Notes: generated from the sequence alone by a model not told the origin. DNA of 64,000 nt from Candidatus Latescibacterota bacterium (GCA_965219455.1 OZ244744.1:2400001-2464000); one strand, 5' to 3'. Shown: positions 20,877 through 31,550, counted from the stretch's first letter. Numbers and translations: made by a program.

Positions 20877-21043
20877 ACGGCGCTGAGGTCGGCCAAAATC
20901 TGGCAACCTGTTTCCGCGAATCAACGCTAAGTTTATGTTGACAAGTATGATAGATTGTGTGAATTTTGAGACCGTCCATCACACGGGCGCGGGTCGTGGG
21001 CGAGGCGTGAGTCGCCCAAACCTCCGCCACAGAGGAAACTTCA

Positions 21044-21973
21044 ATGGCAGTTTTGAAAATCGCGCTTCCGTCGGGCAGCCTCCGGGAATCCACCCTCAAT
21101 CTTTTCGCAAACGCCGGCTATCGCATTCTCGCCAACCACAGGTCCTACATCCCGTCGATCGACGATCCGGACCTGGAAGGCCTGTTCCTGCGCGCGCAGG
21201 AAATCGCCCATTACGTGGAGCGGGGCGTGCTCGACGTTGGCCTGACCGGCAAAGACTGGATCCTGGAAAACGGCGCCGACGTTGTCGAGGTCGCGGAACT
21301 TCCTTACAGCAAATCCACCGCGCAGCCGGCGCGCTGGGTTATCGCCGTGCCGGAAGAATCGCCGGTTCGCACCGTGGACGATCTCCAGGGCAAACGTATT
21401 GCGACGGAACTGGTCAACGTCACTCGAAAATACCTTGACGCGCGGGGCATACGGGCGGAGGTGGAATTCTCCTGGGGGTCCACCGAAGCCAAGGTCCGGA
21501 CTGCAGGAACGCCGCGCGGAAACGCGCAGGAAGGGGACGGCCCGGTCTACGAGCCTGGCCTGGTGGACGCCATTGTGGAACTCACGGAAACCGGTTCCTC
21601 CATCCGGGCCAACAAACTTCGGATCGTGGAGAGTCTGCTTGAAACCACCCCCCGCCTGATTGCCAACAAAAACGCGTGGGACGACCCGTGGAAACGGGAG
21701 AAGACGCAGAACATCGCCACGCTGCTTGTCGGCGCCTTCCAGGCCGAAGACAAGGTGGGCCTCAAGATGAACGTCCGCCGGAGAGACCTGGATGCGGTCG
21801 TCGGGCTGCTTCCGGCGCTGAACAACCCCACCATTTCGAATCTGCTCGACGGCGACTGGGTGGCCGTCGAGGTTGTCGTTGACGAACGCGTCGTGCGCGA
21901 CACCGTGCCCCTGCTGAAGAACAAAGGCGCTGAAGGCATTATCGAATACCCATTGAACAAAGTGATCTACTGA
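21044..21973 (+). CDS. hisG: ATP phosphoribosyltransferase (long form)
   Basis: [55 protein letters not shown]-terminal regulatory domain. Confidence 0.95.
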   Translation: MAVLKIALPSGSLRESTLNLFANAGYRILANHRSYIPSIDDPDLEGLFLRAQEIAHYVERGVLDVGLTGKDWILENGADVVEVAELPYSKSTAQPARWVIAVPEESPVRTVDDLQGKRIATELVNVTRKYLDARGIRAEVEFSWGSTEAKVRTAGTPRGNAQEGDGPVYEPGLVDAIVELTETGSSIRANKLRIVESLLETTPRLIANKNAWDDPWKREKTQNIATLLVGAFQAEDKVGLKMNVRRRDLDAVVGLLPALNNPTISNLLDGDWVAVEVVVDERVVRDTVPLLKNKGAEGIIEYPLNKVIY

Positions 21974-23268
21974 TGATCGACGTTTTCGCCCACGATCCGC
22001 AGAATCCGCACCGAAAACTCCAGGCCATTCTTTCACGGACCACCGATTTCGAGCCCGAATTGCTGGCCTCCGTGCAGGAGATTGTCCGGGCCGTGCGGGC
22101 GCGCGGGGACGACGCGGTCCTGGAATACACCCGGCAATTCGACGGCGTGGACCTTACGGCGGACCGGATGCGGGTACCCGGGTCGGACATCGAAGCCGCC
22201 TACAGGGGCGCGGATCCAGACCTGATCAAGACCATCACGGCCGCGGCGGACAACATCCGGCGGTTTCACGGCGCGCAGAAGCAGACGTCATGGTTCATCG
22301 AAGACGGCGACGGCGTGGTGCTCGGCAGACGGGTGCTTCCCATCGAACGGGTTGGCATTCTCATTCCCGGCGCCAGCGCACCGCTTTTCTCCACGCTCCT
22401 GATGGCCGCCATTCCCGCCCGCATCGCGGGCGTGGCGCGAATCTGCATGGCCACGCCCGCGCGGCCGGACGGCTCCGTCCATCCGGCCGTGCTGGCGGCC
22501 GCCCATATCGTCGGCGTGAATGAAATCTACCGGGTTTTCGGCGCCCAGGCCGTTGCCGCCATGGCCTACGGTACCGCCTCCATCCCCTGGGTGGACAAAC
22601 TCGTGGGCCCCGGCCACCCCTCCGTCCAGATCGCGAAAAAGCTGGTCTTCGGAACCGTCGACATCGACATGGTCGCCGGCCCCAGCGAAATCGTCGTTCT
22701 GGCCGACGAAACCGCCAACCCCAGACACGTCGCCGCCGACCTGCTATCCCAGGCCGAACACGGCAGCGGCTTCGAAGTCGCCGTCTGTATCACGCCTTGC
22801 GTCGACCTCGCCAGGCGGGTCGCGGACGAAATCGAACGGCAGGCCGCCCGCCTGGACCGCCGCGACGCCATCCGAAAAGCCCTGCGAAACTTTGGCGCGG
22901 TTGTGGTGGTGCAGGACCTGGACGAAGGCATCCGGTTGGCCAATCGTATCGCCCCGGAACACATGGAACTCCTGGTGCGGGACCCATGGGCCTGCCTGAG
23001 CGACGTCAGACACGCGGGCGCCGTGTTTCTGGGCGCGGCCTCGTCCGAACCGGTCGGCGACTACTACGCCGGCGTGAACCACATCCTGCCGACCGCCGGC
23101 GCCGCGCGCTTCGCCTCGCCGGTGGGCGTGGATACCTTTCTGAAAAGCACGAATATCGTCTCCTACACGGACCGCCGGCTGGAAAAAACCGCCGGCGACG
23201 TTATTGCCCTGGCCGAAGCCGAGGGACTGGACGCCCACGCCAACGCCATCCGCGTCCGGCAGGAATAA
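21973..23268 (+). CDS. hisD: Histidinol dehydrogenase
   Basis: GAQAVAAMAYG, DMVAGPSE, DLLSQAEH, APEH, GDYYAGVNHILPT. Confidence 0.96.
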   Translation: MIDVFAHDPQNPHRKLQAILSRTTDFEPELLASVQEIVRAVRARGDDAVLEYTRQFDGVDLTADRMRVPGSDIEAAYRGADPDLIKTITAAADNIRRFHGAQKQTSWFIEDGDGVVLGRRVLPIERVGILIPGASAPLFSTLLMAAIPARIAGVARICMATPARPDGSVHPAVLAAAHIVGVNEIYRVFGAQAVAAMAYGTASIPWVDKLVGPGHPSVQIAKKLVFGTVDIDMVAGPSEIVVLADETANPRHVAADLLSQAEHGSGFEVAVCITPCVDLARRVADEIERQAARLDRRDAIRKALRNFGAVVVVQDLDEGIRLANRIAPEHMELLVRDPWACLSDVRHAGAVFLGAASSEPVGDYYAGVNHILPTAGAARFASPVGVDTFLKSTNIVSYTDRRLEKTAGDVIALAEAEGLDAHANAIRVRQE

Positions 23269-23347
23269 ATCGCAACCGCCCGCCCGGGCAACCTCCACGT
23301 ACCAGCGGGGACCAAGGGCGAGGCGTTCTCATTTTTAATGGCTCCCG

Positions 23348-24427
23348 ATGATCAAACCGCCCCTGCAACGCATCAGGCCGGAAGTCCGTTCGGTGGACGG
23401 GTACCACCTGACGCACTACAACTGTCCGGTGAAGCTGAACCAGAACGAAAGCCCGTTCGACCTACCGGACGATCTGAAAAACGAGATCCTGGAAGCCGTC
23501 CGGAAGCGACCCTGGTTCCGCTACCCTCAACCGATGCAGATGGACCTGGTGGACGCCCTGGCGGCATACGCCGGCTGGCGTCCGGACGCGCTGATCGTGT
23601 GCAACGGCTCCAACACCCTCGTACAGCTTGTCCTGGCCGTCAGTACCTCTCCGGGCGCGCCGGTGGTCATACCCTCGCCCAGTTTCTCGCTGTACGGGCT
23701 TTACGCCGGCTTCTTCGGGGGGCGCGTGATTCCGGTGGACCTCCGGGCGGACTATACCTTCGACCTGCCCGCAATCGGGGAAGCGGTCCGGCGCGAATCG
23801 GCAAACATGGTCATCTTCTGTTCGCCCAACAACCCCACGGGCTGCATCGTTTCCAACCCCGACCTGGAAGACCTGCTCCGGGAAACCGACGCGCTGGTGA
23901 TGGTGGACGAAGCCTATGCGGAGTTCACGGACGACACCGCCCGAGACCTGATTTCCCGGTACCCGAACCTCATTGTATTGAAAACCTTCTCCAAGGCCCT
24001 CGGCGCCGCGGGCATCCGCATCGGCTACCTGATGGCCCACCCCGAGATCGCACGGGAGATCCTGAAAGCCAAAGTGCCGTTCGACGTCAATGTGTTCTCT
24101 CATACAGCCGCGCTGCACATTCTGAAACACGATCACCTGATCCGGGAGCGCGTCGGGCTGATCCGGGACGAACGTGAGCGTGTATTCGGCGCTTTGCGAA
24201 AAATCGACGGCGTGGGCCCCTATCCATCGCATGCCAACTTCATCCTTTTTGAAGTGGACAACCCGGGCCGGGTCTTCCACGGGCTGATCGAAAGGGGCAT
24301 CCTCATCCGAAACGTGACCGGCTATCCTCTGCTCGAGAACGCCCTGCGCGTCAGTATCGGGACGGCCGAGGACAACACCCGGTTTTTGAACGTGCTCGAA
24401 CAAACACTCAAGGACTCGTGTGTATAA
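23348..24427 (+). CDS. hisC: Histidinol-phosphate aminotransferase
   Basis: KLNQNESP, CSPNNPTG, VDEAY, KTFSKALGAAGIRIGY; operon context. Confidence 0.95.
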   Translation: MIKPPLQRIRPEVRSVDGYHLTHYNCPVKLNQNESPFDLPDDLKNEILEAVRKRPWFRYPQPMQMDLVDALAAYAGWRPDALIVCNGSNTLVQLVLAVSTSPGAPVVIPSPSFSLYGLYAGFFGGRVIPVDLRADYTFDLPAIGEAVRRESANMVIFCSPNNPTGCIVSNPDLEDLLRETDALVMVDEAYAEFTDDTARDLISRYPNLIVLKTFSKALGAAGIRIGYLMAHPEIAREILKAKVPFDVNVFSHTAALHILKHDHLIRERVGLIRDERERVFGALRKIDGVGPYPSHANFILFEVDNPGRVFHGLIERGILIRNVTGYPLLENALRVSIGTAEDNTRFLNVLEQTLKDSCV

Positions 24428-24483
24428 TACACACCCGGCGTCCTGTCCCGGAAAGTTGCAGTCATTCAGGAAAGGTAAACCCC

Positions 24484-25077
24484 ATGCCGGCCCTGCGCAC
24501 CGCCCGCATACAACGCAAGACATCCGAAACCGATATTGACCTCACGCTCAACCTGGACGGTTCGGGCGATTGCAGGCTGGAAACCGGCATCGGTTTTTTC
24601 GACCACATGCTCAACGCGTTTGCAAGGCACGGAGGTTTCGACCTGGACGTGGCCTGCCGGGGCGACCTGGACGTGGACGCGCACCATACGGTGGAAGACG
24701 TGGGCATCTGTCTAGGCCGGGCGTTCTCGGAAGCGCTGGGCGACAAGACCGGCATTACGCGCTTCGGACACAGTTTCGTGCCCATGGACGAAGCCCTGGC
24801 GCGCGCGGCGGTCGACCTGTCGGGCCGGCCGTTCCTGGTCTACAACGCCGATCTGCCCGATGAGATGGTCGGCGCGTACCCGACAGCGATGAGCCCGGAA
24901 TTCTTCCGGTCCCTCGCGGACCACGGGCGTCTCAACGCACACATCGACCTGATTCGCGGGACGAACGCCCACCACGCCACCGAAGCGATTTTCAAGGCCG
25001 TGGGCCGGGCGCTCAGGCAGGCGTACGGACGGGATCCCGGCGTCGTGGGGATTCCTTCGACCAAGGGCGTGTTGTAA
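24484..25077 (+). CDS. hisB: Imidazoleglycerol-phosphate dehydratase
   Basis: RKTSETDI, GFFDHML, DAHHTVEDVG, PMDEAL, NAHHATEAIFKA, PSTKGVL. Confidence 0.96.
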   Translation: MPALRTARIQRKTSETDIDLTLNLDGSGDCRLETGIGFFDHMLNAFARHGGFDLDVACRGDLDVDAHHTVEDVGICLGRAFSEALGDKTGITRFGHSFVPMDEALARAAVDLSGRPFLVYNADLPDEMVGAYPTAMSPEFFRSLADHGRLNAHIDLIRGTNAHHATEAIFKAVGRALRQAYGRDPGVVGIPSTKGVL

Positions 25078-25132
25078 GGCCCACCCGCCCATCCGCATTG
25101 GTTACGGCACGACTCTTGACAAGGCGCACCCC

Positions 25133-25663
25133 TTGACCCCACCATTCGATCCCGATGCCGCGGGCCGAAAGGTCCTTAGCCTGGCCCAGGTCCGCCGGGT
25201 CCGGCGGCGTCTGACACGAACCCGCGCCAGGCTGGTTTTCACGAATGGCTGCTTCGATCTGATCCATCCGGGCCACGTCGCTTTTCTGCAGCGGGCCCGC
25301 TCCCTGGGCGACACGCTCCTCCTGGGCCTCAACAGCGACGACTCCGTCCGCCGCATCAAGGGCAGGGGCCGCCCGATTCTCTCCGTTGAGGAACGGATCG
25401 CCGTGCTGGCGGGCCTGGAAGCCGTCGACTATATCTGCGTGTTCGATGAGGACACCCCGCACAACATACTTCGCGAGCTGTTGCCCGATATCCTCGTAAA
25501 GGGCGGGGACTATGCGGCGGGCCAGATCGTCGGCAGAGAGGTGGTCGAAAACGCCGGAGGCCGCGCGGCCACCGTGTCCACCGCGTTCGAAACCTCCACC
25601 TCGTCCATAATCAGACGCGTCGTGGAGGCCGTGGGGACCTTTTCTCCCCGGGCCAGACAATAA
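25133..25663 (+). CDS. rfaE2: D-glycero-beta-D-manno-heptose 1-phosphate adenylyltransferase (RfaE/HldE domain II)
   Basis: FTNGCFDLIHPGH, GLNSDDSVRRIKG, LVKGGDY, STSSII. Confidence 0.88.
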   Translation: MTPPFDPDAAGRKVLSLAQVRRVRRRLTRTRARLVFTNGCFDLIHPGHVAFLQRARSLGDTLLLGLNSDDSVRRIKGRGRPILSVEERIAVLAGLEAVDYICVFDEDTPHNILRELLPDILVKGGDYAAGQIVGREVVENAGGRAATVSTAFETSTSSIIRRVVEAVGTFSPRARQ

Positions 25664-25670
25664 TCATCTC

Positions 25671-25695
25671 ACACAAAGACACGAAGACACAAAGG
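25671..25695 (+). repeat. CAC(G/A)AAGACAC periodic repeat
   Basis: acacaaagacacgaagacacaaagg; similar at 809-827 and 35614-35649. Confidence 0.55.
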
Positions 25696-25864
25696 AAACC
25701 GGGAAACAACCGAAGGGAGGGCAACTTCAAGGATTGCCCCTGCAAATCCAATTTAGACGCTACGAGGGCAGGATGCCCTCGCTCCCAGGGAACCTCTTCC
25801 CCCGGCCCCTCTCTCCCGCAGGGTGGGTAGATTCTTCCTCGACGTTGGCCAAAACAGGTGCGCC

Positions 25865-26965
25865 ATGAGAATCCTCCACACCCTCTACGACGACGTGGAC
25901 AATCCCTGGTGCGGAGGAGGGGGCGCGGTCCGCGCCATGGAAATCAACCGCCGCCTCGCCCGGAAACACGACATCACCCTGTTGACGGGCAACTTTCCCG
26001 GCGCCGGCCCGGAAGAAAGTCGTTACGGCATCCGCATCCGACGGGTGGGGACGAGTCGAAGCTATGCACTCAGCCGTGTGAGCTTCACGGCGCAGGCGTC
26101 CCGGGCGCTGGCGGGATGGCCGTTCGACCTCTGGGTGTACGACTTTTCCGCCTTCTCGCCCGTCTACGCCCTTCCATCCCGGCAGGCGCGGTCGGTGATG
26201 GTCTTCCACCATTCCATTGCCGCGCACGCCACACGAAAATATCCAGGGATCGGCCTGCTGGCCGCCGCCGCTGAATGCCTCCACACCAGGCTCCACCGCC
26301 GCATCATCGCCGTTTCCCCGAGTACGGCCCTGCATCTCGAGAGGCGCACGCGTCCGAACACACCCGTCCACACGATATGCAACGGCGTGAATCATCCGGA
26401 GGTCGCGGAACCCCGGGAAGGGGATTATATTCTCTTCTTCGGTCGCCTGGATACCTATAACAAGGGCATCGACGTCCTGCTCACGGCATTCGCCAGGCTG
26501 AGACCGGCGCATCCGGACGTCCGCCTGGTCGTGGCGGGGCGGGGCGCCGAGACGCGCCTGAGAGAACTGAAAGCCATCGCCCGGACACTGGGGATTTCGG
26601 ATCGCGTGGAACTCACCGGGCCCGTCCCGGAAACGGAAAAATGGGACCTGTACGCCGGCGCGTTGTTTACCTGCCAGCCTTCCCGATACGAAGGGTGGGG
26701 CATCGCCGCCATCGAATCCGGCGCCGCCGGAAAAGCGGTGATCGGCACGGAGATCCCCGGTCTTGTCGACGCGATCCAACGCGACCGGACCGGCCTGCTG
26801 GTGCCCCCGGAGAACACGGAAGCCCTCGCGGGCGCCATGAAACACCTCCTCGAAAACCCCCGGCGCCGCGCCGACCTCGGCCGTAACGGGCGAGAATGGG
26901 CCGCCAACTTTTCCTGGGACCGAATTGCCCGCGAACAGGAGCGGGTATACGTCGGTTCCCTCTAA
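25865..26965 (+). CDS. GT4 glycosyltransferase
   Basis: GGGA N-terminal loop, FGRL..KGID, PSRYEGWGIAAIES, TGLLVPP, FSWD. Confidence 0.92.
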   Translation: MRILHTLYDDVDNPWCGGGGAVRAMEINRRLARKHDITLLTGNFPGAGPEESRYGIRIRRVGTSRSYALSRVSFTAQASRALAGWPFDLWVYDFSAFSPVYALPSRQARSVMVFHHSIAAHATRKYPGIGLLAAAAECLHTRLHRRIIAVSPSTALHLERRTRPNTPVHTICNGVNHPEVAEPREGDYILFFGRLDTYNKGIDVLLTAFARLRPAHPDVRLVVAGRGAETRLRELKAIARTLGISDRVELTGPVPETEKWDLYAGALFTCQPSRYEGWGIAAIESGAAGKAVIGTEIPGLVDAIQRDRTGLLVPPENTEALAGAMKHLLENPRRRADLGRNGREWAANFSWDRIAREQERVYVGSL

Positions 26966-27069
26966 GGACAATGAGAAGGGCAGACAGGAATGTCTTGCTG
27001 CCTGCGCAGCGTACTGCGCTGCAGGCAGGCCCCACCTTAACACACGCCTGAAAACGAAGTCGACCGCAC

Positions 27070-28266
27070 ATGACCACCGCATACTCCAGTGACGTCTGCA
27101 TCGTCGGCGGGGCCGGGCGCGTGGGCCTGCCCCTGGCGCTGACCTTTGCCGGCAAGGGTTTTCGCGTTGTCGTCTGCGACATCAACGAAGCGTCCCTCGA
27201 AATGATCCGCGGCGGGCGGATGCCGTTCGCCGAACAGGGCGCCGAGGGTCTGCTCCATCGGGCGATCGAGGAACGCCGGCTGAGTGTTTCGTCCGATCCA
27301 TCGTCCGTGGCCGACGCCGCCGCCGTGATCGTGACCATAGGCACGCCCGCGGACGAACTGACAAAACCGATTCTCTCTACTTTCAAGAGGCTCGCGGACG
27401 ACGTGCTGCCGCATCTGTCCGACGATCAGCTTGTCGTACTTCGGTCCACGGTCTCCCCGGGTACCACGGACTGGCTGTACGACTACCTGCGGGCGAACGG
27501 CAGAAACCCCAAGGTCTCTTTTTGCCCCGAACGCATCGTCCAGGGCCAGGCCATCGAAGAAATTCAGCTGCTCACCCAGATCGTCAGCGGCACCACGCCG
27601 GAAGCGGAACAGGAGGCCGCCGCCCTCTTCAGGCAGATCTCACCACGGATCGTTCGCCTGACGCCCATCGAAGCCGAATTCTCGAAACTGTTCAGCAACG
27701 CGTACCGGTATATACAATTTGCAACTGCAAACCAGTTCTATATGATCGCGAACGCCGCGGGCGTGGACTACAGCCGGGTGCTCGAAGGCATGAAGAAAGA
27801 CTATCCCCGCGCGCGGGACATCCCCTCCGCCGGATTCGCGGCGGGGCCCTGTCTGTTGAAGGACACCATGCAACTGGCCGCCTTCGCCAGCGACGGGTTC
27901 ACCCTGGGACAGGCGGCCTTGAACGTCAACCAGGGCCTGGTGAACTACCTGGTGGAGGAGATGCGGAACCGGTACGGCGACCTGCGCCGTCTCCGCGTCG
28001 GCCTGCTTGGCATGGCTTTCAAGGCGGACAGCGACGACACCCGGTTTTCGCTGAGCTACAAACTGAAGGACATCCTGGCCTTCCGGGCAAGGGAGGTATT
28101 GACCACGGACCCGTACGTGACCACGGATCCCAACCTGGCGCCGATCGAGGAGGTAATGGAAAGAAGCGACCTGCTGGTCCTGTGCGTGCCGCATACCGCG
28201 TACCGGCGGCTGGACCTCAAGAACAAATCGGTCCTGGATATCTGGGGGTTTCTGAACCGTGAGTAA
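27070..28266 (+). CDS. UDP-glucose/GDP-mannose family nucleotide-sugar dehydrogenase
   Basis: GGAGRVGLP, LRSTVSPG, FCPERI, EAEFSKL, GPCLLKD, LGMAFKADSDD.R. Confidence 0.92.
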   Translation: MTTAYSSDVCIVGGAGRVGLPLALTFAGKGFRVVVCDINEASLEMIRGGRMPFAEQGAEGLLHRAIEERRLSVSSDPSSVADAAAVIVTIGTPADELTKPILSTFKRLADDVLPHLSDDQLVVLRSTVSPGTTDWLYDYLRANGRNPKVSFCPERIVQGQAIEEIQLLTQIVSGTTPEAEQEAAALFRQISPRIVRLTPIEAEFSKLFSNAYRYIQFATANQFYMIANAAGVDYSRVLEGMKKDYPRARDIPSAGFAAGPCLLKDTMQLAAFASDGFTLGQAALNVNQGLVNYLVEEMRNRYGDLRRLRVGLLGMAFKADSDDTRFSLSYKLKDILAFRAREVLTTDPYVTTDPNLAPIEEVMERSDLLVLCVPHTAYRRLDLKNKSVLDIWGFLNRE

Positions 28267-29221
28267 GCTCTATCTGGTCACGGGCGGCGCGGGATTCATC
28301 GGTTCCTCCCTGGTACGGCGCCTGCTTCAAGACGGCCACGGCGTCAGGGTATTCGACAACCAATCCAGGGGAAGGGCCGCCCGCCTGGCGGACGTCCGGG
28401 CTCACGTCGAATTCATCGAAGCGGACGTCCGGGATGCCGATGCCGTCCGGAGAGCCGCCCGGGGCGTCGACAGCCTGTGTCACCTGGCCGCCGTCAATGG
28501 CACCGAATGGTTCTACAGCAAGCCCGAAACCGTACTCGACGTGGGTGTGAAGGGCATCGTGAACACCATCGACGCCTGCCTGAAACACGGCGTTCCCGAA
28601 TTCGTGCTGGCCTCCAGTTCCGAGGTGTACCAGACGTCGGCGGCCATCCCCACGGACGAAACCGCGCCCCTTTCCGTTCCCGACCCCCTGAACCCCCGCT
28701 TTTCCTACGGCGGCGGCAAAATCATCAGCGAACTCATGGCCCTGAACTACGGCCGGAGCCACCTGGAGCGCGTGCTGGTCTTTCGCCCGCACAACGTGTA
28801 CGGACCCGACATGGGCGGGGAGCATGTCATCCCTCAGTTCATTCTCCGGGCAGACGCGCTTGCAGCGGAACATCGCGACGACGTGATCCCGTTTCCGATA
28901 CAGGGCGACGGTACGCAGACCCGGGCTTTCGTACACATCGACGATTTCACCGACGGACTCGCTACCGTCCTGGAGAAAGGCGCGCATCTCAATATCTACC
29001 ACGTCGGTAACGACGTCGAAGTCACCGTCCGGCGTCTCGTGGAACTGATTTTCGATCACATCGGCCGGAAATTCGAAATCGTCCCGGGAACGTTGACAGC
29101 GGGCAGCCCCGGTAGAAGGTGCCCCGACATCGACAAACTCAGGGCCCTCGGCTACCGCCCCCGCGTTACACTCCGCGACGGGCTGGCCGGCACCATCGAC
29201 TGGTACCTGGCGGGCCGTTAA
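28259..29221 (+). CDS. NAD-dependent nucleotide-sugar epimerase/dehydratase
   Basis: TGGAGFIGS, ASSSEVY, YGGGK, NVYGP, GDGTQTRAF. Confidence 0.92.
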   Translation: MSKLYLVTGGAGFIGSSLVRRLLQDGHGVRVFDNQSRGRAARLADVRAHVEFIEADVRDADAVRRAARGVDSLCHLAAVNGTEWFYSKPETVLDVGVKGIVNTIDACLKHGVPEFVLASSSEVYQTSAAIPTDETAPLSVPDPLNPRFSYGGGKIISELMALNYGRSHLERVLVFRPHNVYGPDMGGEHVIPQFILRADALAAEHRDDVIPFPIQGDGTQTRAFVHIDDFTDGLATVLEKGAHLNIYHVGNDVEVTVRRLVELIFDHIGRKFEIVPGTLTAGSPGRRCPDIDKLRALGYRPRVTLRDGLAGTIDWYLAGR

Positions 29222-29419
29222 AAAAGCCCATCCGGGCTGCCTGCCTGTGCGTTGCACGCAGACAGGCGACCGGCTCTCGTGGCCGAATTACTGCGTTGCG
29301 CTCCCTCCTCGAATCCCCCGATTCGACTCGGTCGCGCGCCTTGTCTTCGGGCACGCCGACAGAGCGACTTTATCAACGACCCGCTGACGAACCGGCGTCT
29401 CTGACCACAAGGAGCATGC

Positions 29420-30670
29420 GTGCCGCCTGCAACCTCCCGAAGCATCACCCGCTGCCAGATCAGCGGCTCCACGAATTTGCAATCCGTTCTCTTTCTGGGT
29501 TTCGTGCCCCCGGTGAACGACCTGCAACCGGTTGGCGGAAGGGCCGTCGAACGGTCGATGTACCCCCTCGAACTGCTCTATTGTCCGGATTCGCACCTGG
29601 TGCAGATCGGCTGCCAGGTGGATCCAAAAATCCTGTTTCCGCCGGAGTATCCCTACACGAGCGGCACCACGCGCATTCTCCGTGACAACTTCGCGGACTT
29701 ATTCGAGCAGTGCAGGGACCGGCAATGCGTCGACGCCTCATCTTTTGTGATCGACGTCGGCTCCAACGACGGTACGCTGCTGGCGAATTTCAAGGCCGGC
29801 GGTTGCAGGGTCCTGGGCATCGACCCCACGGACAGGGCCAGGCTTGCAAACGAACGAGGTATCCACAGCCTCCAGGCTTTTTTCTCGCGGGAATCCGCGC
29901 GGGCGGTCGCAGCGGAGTACGGCGCGGCCAGCCTCGTCACCGCAACCAACGTATTCGCGCACATGCCCGACATCGACGAGGTCGTGGCCGGCATTCTGGA
30001 CATCCTGGACGAAACCGGCGTCTTCATCTCCGAATCCCACTATCTGCCGGACCTGATTAGCACCCTGCAATACGATACCGTCTACCACGAGCACCTCAGG
30101 TACTACTCCCTTCACAGCCTGAAATTCCTCCTGGAAAAACACGGGCTGGAGATTTTCCACGTCAAACGCATCCCCACGCACGGAGGCTCCATCCGTGTCT
30201 TCGCCGCGCGGAAGGGACGATACCGGCCGGACCCGTCCGTCTCGAAACAGTTGGGAGTGGAACGACGGGCCGGCCTGCTCGACCTTGAAACCTACCGCCG
30301 CTTCGCCGCGGACGTCAGGCAGAGCAAACTCGACCTCCTGAGCCTGCTGCGAGACGTCAAAGCCCGCGGCGGCCGCATCTACGGTATCGGCGCTCCCTCC
30401 CGTGCCAGCACCCTCATCGCCTATACCGGCCTGGATCATGAAATGATCGACTGCGTCCTGGAAATCCGGGGTTCGTACAAAATCGGCAAATACATACCGG
30501 GCACCCGGATCCCGGTACTCGAAGAGTCCGAATTATTCAGAGATCAGCCCGAATACGCGCTGCTCTTCTCCTGGCATATCGCCGGGGAACTCATGCCCAA
30601 ACTCACCGGCAGGGGCTACAAGGGGAAATACATCGTGCCGCTTCCGTCCCCCGAAATTGTGGCGGGATGA
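29420..30670 (+). CDS. NDP-hexose C-methyltransferase (NovU/TylCIII/EryBIII-like)
   Basis: DVGSNDGTLL, TNVFAH, YDTVYHEH.RYYSL, THGGS, GIGAPSRA, GKYIPGTRIP, YIVPLP. Confidence 0.88.
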   Translation: MPPATSRSITRCQISGSTNLQSVLFLGFVPPVNDLQPVGGRAVERSMYPLELLYCPDSHLVQIGCQVDPKILFPPEYPYTSGTTRILRDNFADLFEQCRDRQCVDASSFVIDVGSNDGTLLANFKAGGCRVLGIDPTDRARLANERGIHSLQAFFSRESARAVAAEYGAASLVTATNVFAHMPDIDEVVAGILDILDETGVFISESHYLPDLISTLQYDTVYHEHLRYYSLHSLKFLLEKHGLEIFHVKRIPTHGGSIRVFAARKGRYRPDPSVSKQLGVERRAGLLDLETYRRFAADVRQSKLDLLSLLRDVKARGGRIYGIGAPSRASTLIAYTGLDHEMIDCVLEIRGSYKIGKYIPGTRIPVLEESELFRDQPEYALLFSWHIAGELMPKLTGRGYKGKYIVPLPSPEIVAG

Positions 30671-30739
30671 TTCGCGCGCCGCACCTAAAGTGTCCCGTCC
30701 CGGAAATAGATTGCCGATCCGCGAGAGTGAAACCGGACC

Positions 30740-31489
30740 ATGCCCGACCTCGACATCGTCATCCCCGTGTACAACGAGGGCGCCAACATCCTGAACGTCC
30801 TCAACGCGCTATGTAATGCGACAAAAACGCCCTTCCGGGTGCTGATCTGTTACGACGATGAAGCCGATAACACCCTGGAAGCCCTGAAGGATTTCGAAGA
30901 CGCCCGTTGCGAAGTCGTTAAAATCAGGAACCGCGGGCGGGGCGCGCACGGGGCCGTTGTCACGGGTTTCAACGAAGGCGACGCTCCCGCGGCGATCATG
31001 TGGCCGGCCGACGACACCTTCAACGCCGGTATAATCGATGCGATGTATCGAAAATACCGGAACGGTCACCACGTCGTCTCCGCCAGCCGGTTCATCGCGG
31101 GCGGCTGCATGGTGGGCGCACCCTGGCTGAAATCTCTGCTTGTCAGAAGTTCCGCCTTCACCCTTTATTATCTCGCACGGCTTCCCGCCCGCGACGCCAG
31201 CAATGGGCTGCGCCTGTTCTCACGGCGCCTGCTTGACCGCGCAAAGATTGAATCCTCGGTCGGTTTTGCGTACGGCATCGAACTGCTGGTCAAATGCCAC
31301 CGGCTCGGCTGGAAAATCGCCGAGATTCCCGCGGTGTGGTACGAAAGGACCTCAGGCCGAAGCCGCTTCAAAGTCATCCGCTGGCTTCCGGAATATCTGC
31401 GTTGGTATTTCTACGCTTTTGCAACCACGTACCTGCGCCGGGGCGCCGAAACCGTCCGAAAAAACGAGACGCCCGGACGTCGATCTTGA
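30740..31489 (+). CDS. GT2 glycosyltransferase (DPM1-like)
   Basis: IVIPVYNEG, PADD, SASRF..GG, ERTSGRSRF. Confidence 0.88.
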   Translation: MPDLDIVIPVYNEGANILNVLNALCNATKTPFRVLICYDDEADNTLEALKDFEDARCEVVKIRNRGRGAHGAVVTGFNEGDAPAAIMWPADDTFNAGIIDAMYRKYRNGHHVVSASRFIAGGCMVGAPWLKSLLVRSSAFTLYYLARLPARDASNGLRLFSRRLLDRAKIESSVGFAYGIELLVKCHRLGWKIAEIPAVWYERTSGRSRFKVIRWLPEYLRWYFYAFATTYLRRGAETVRKNETPGRRS

Positions 31490-31550
31490 ACCCCCCTTGC
31501 CCACCACGCGCCCTGCCCCGGCACGGCCGTCCAACCCGTGGAGCCGTAAC

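Noticed and set aside
20880-21043. His-leader attenuator upstream of hisG
   Set aside because: No His-codon run or terminator/antiterminator pair is visible; only a TTGACA box and a degenerate REP.
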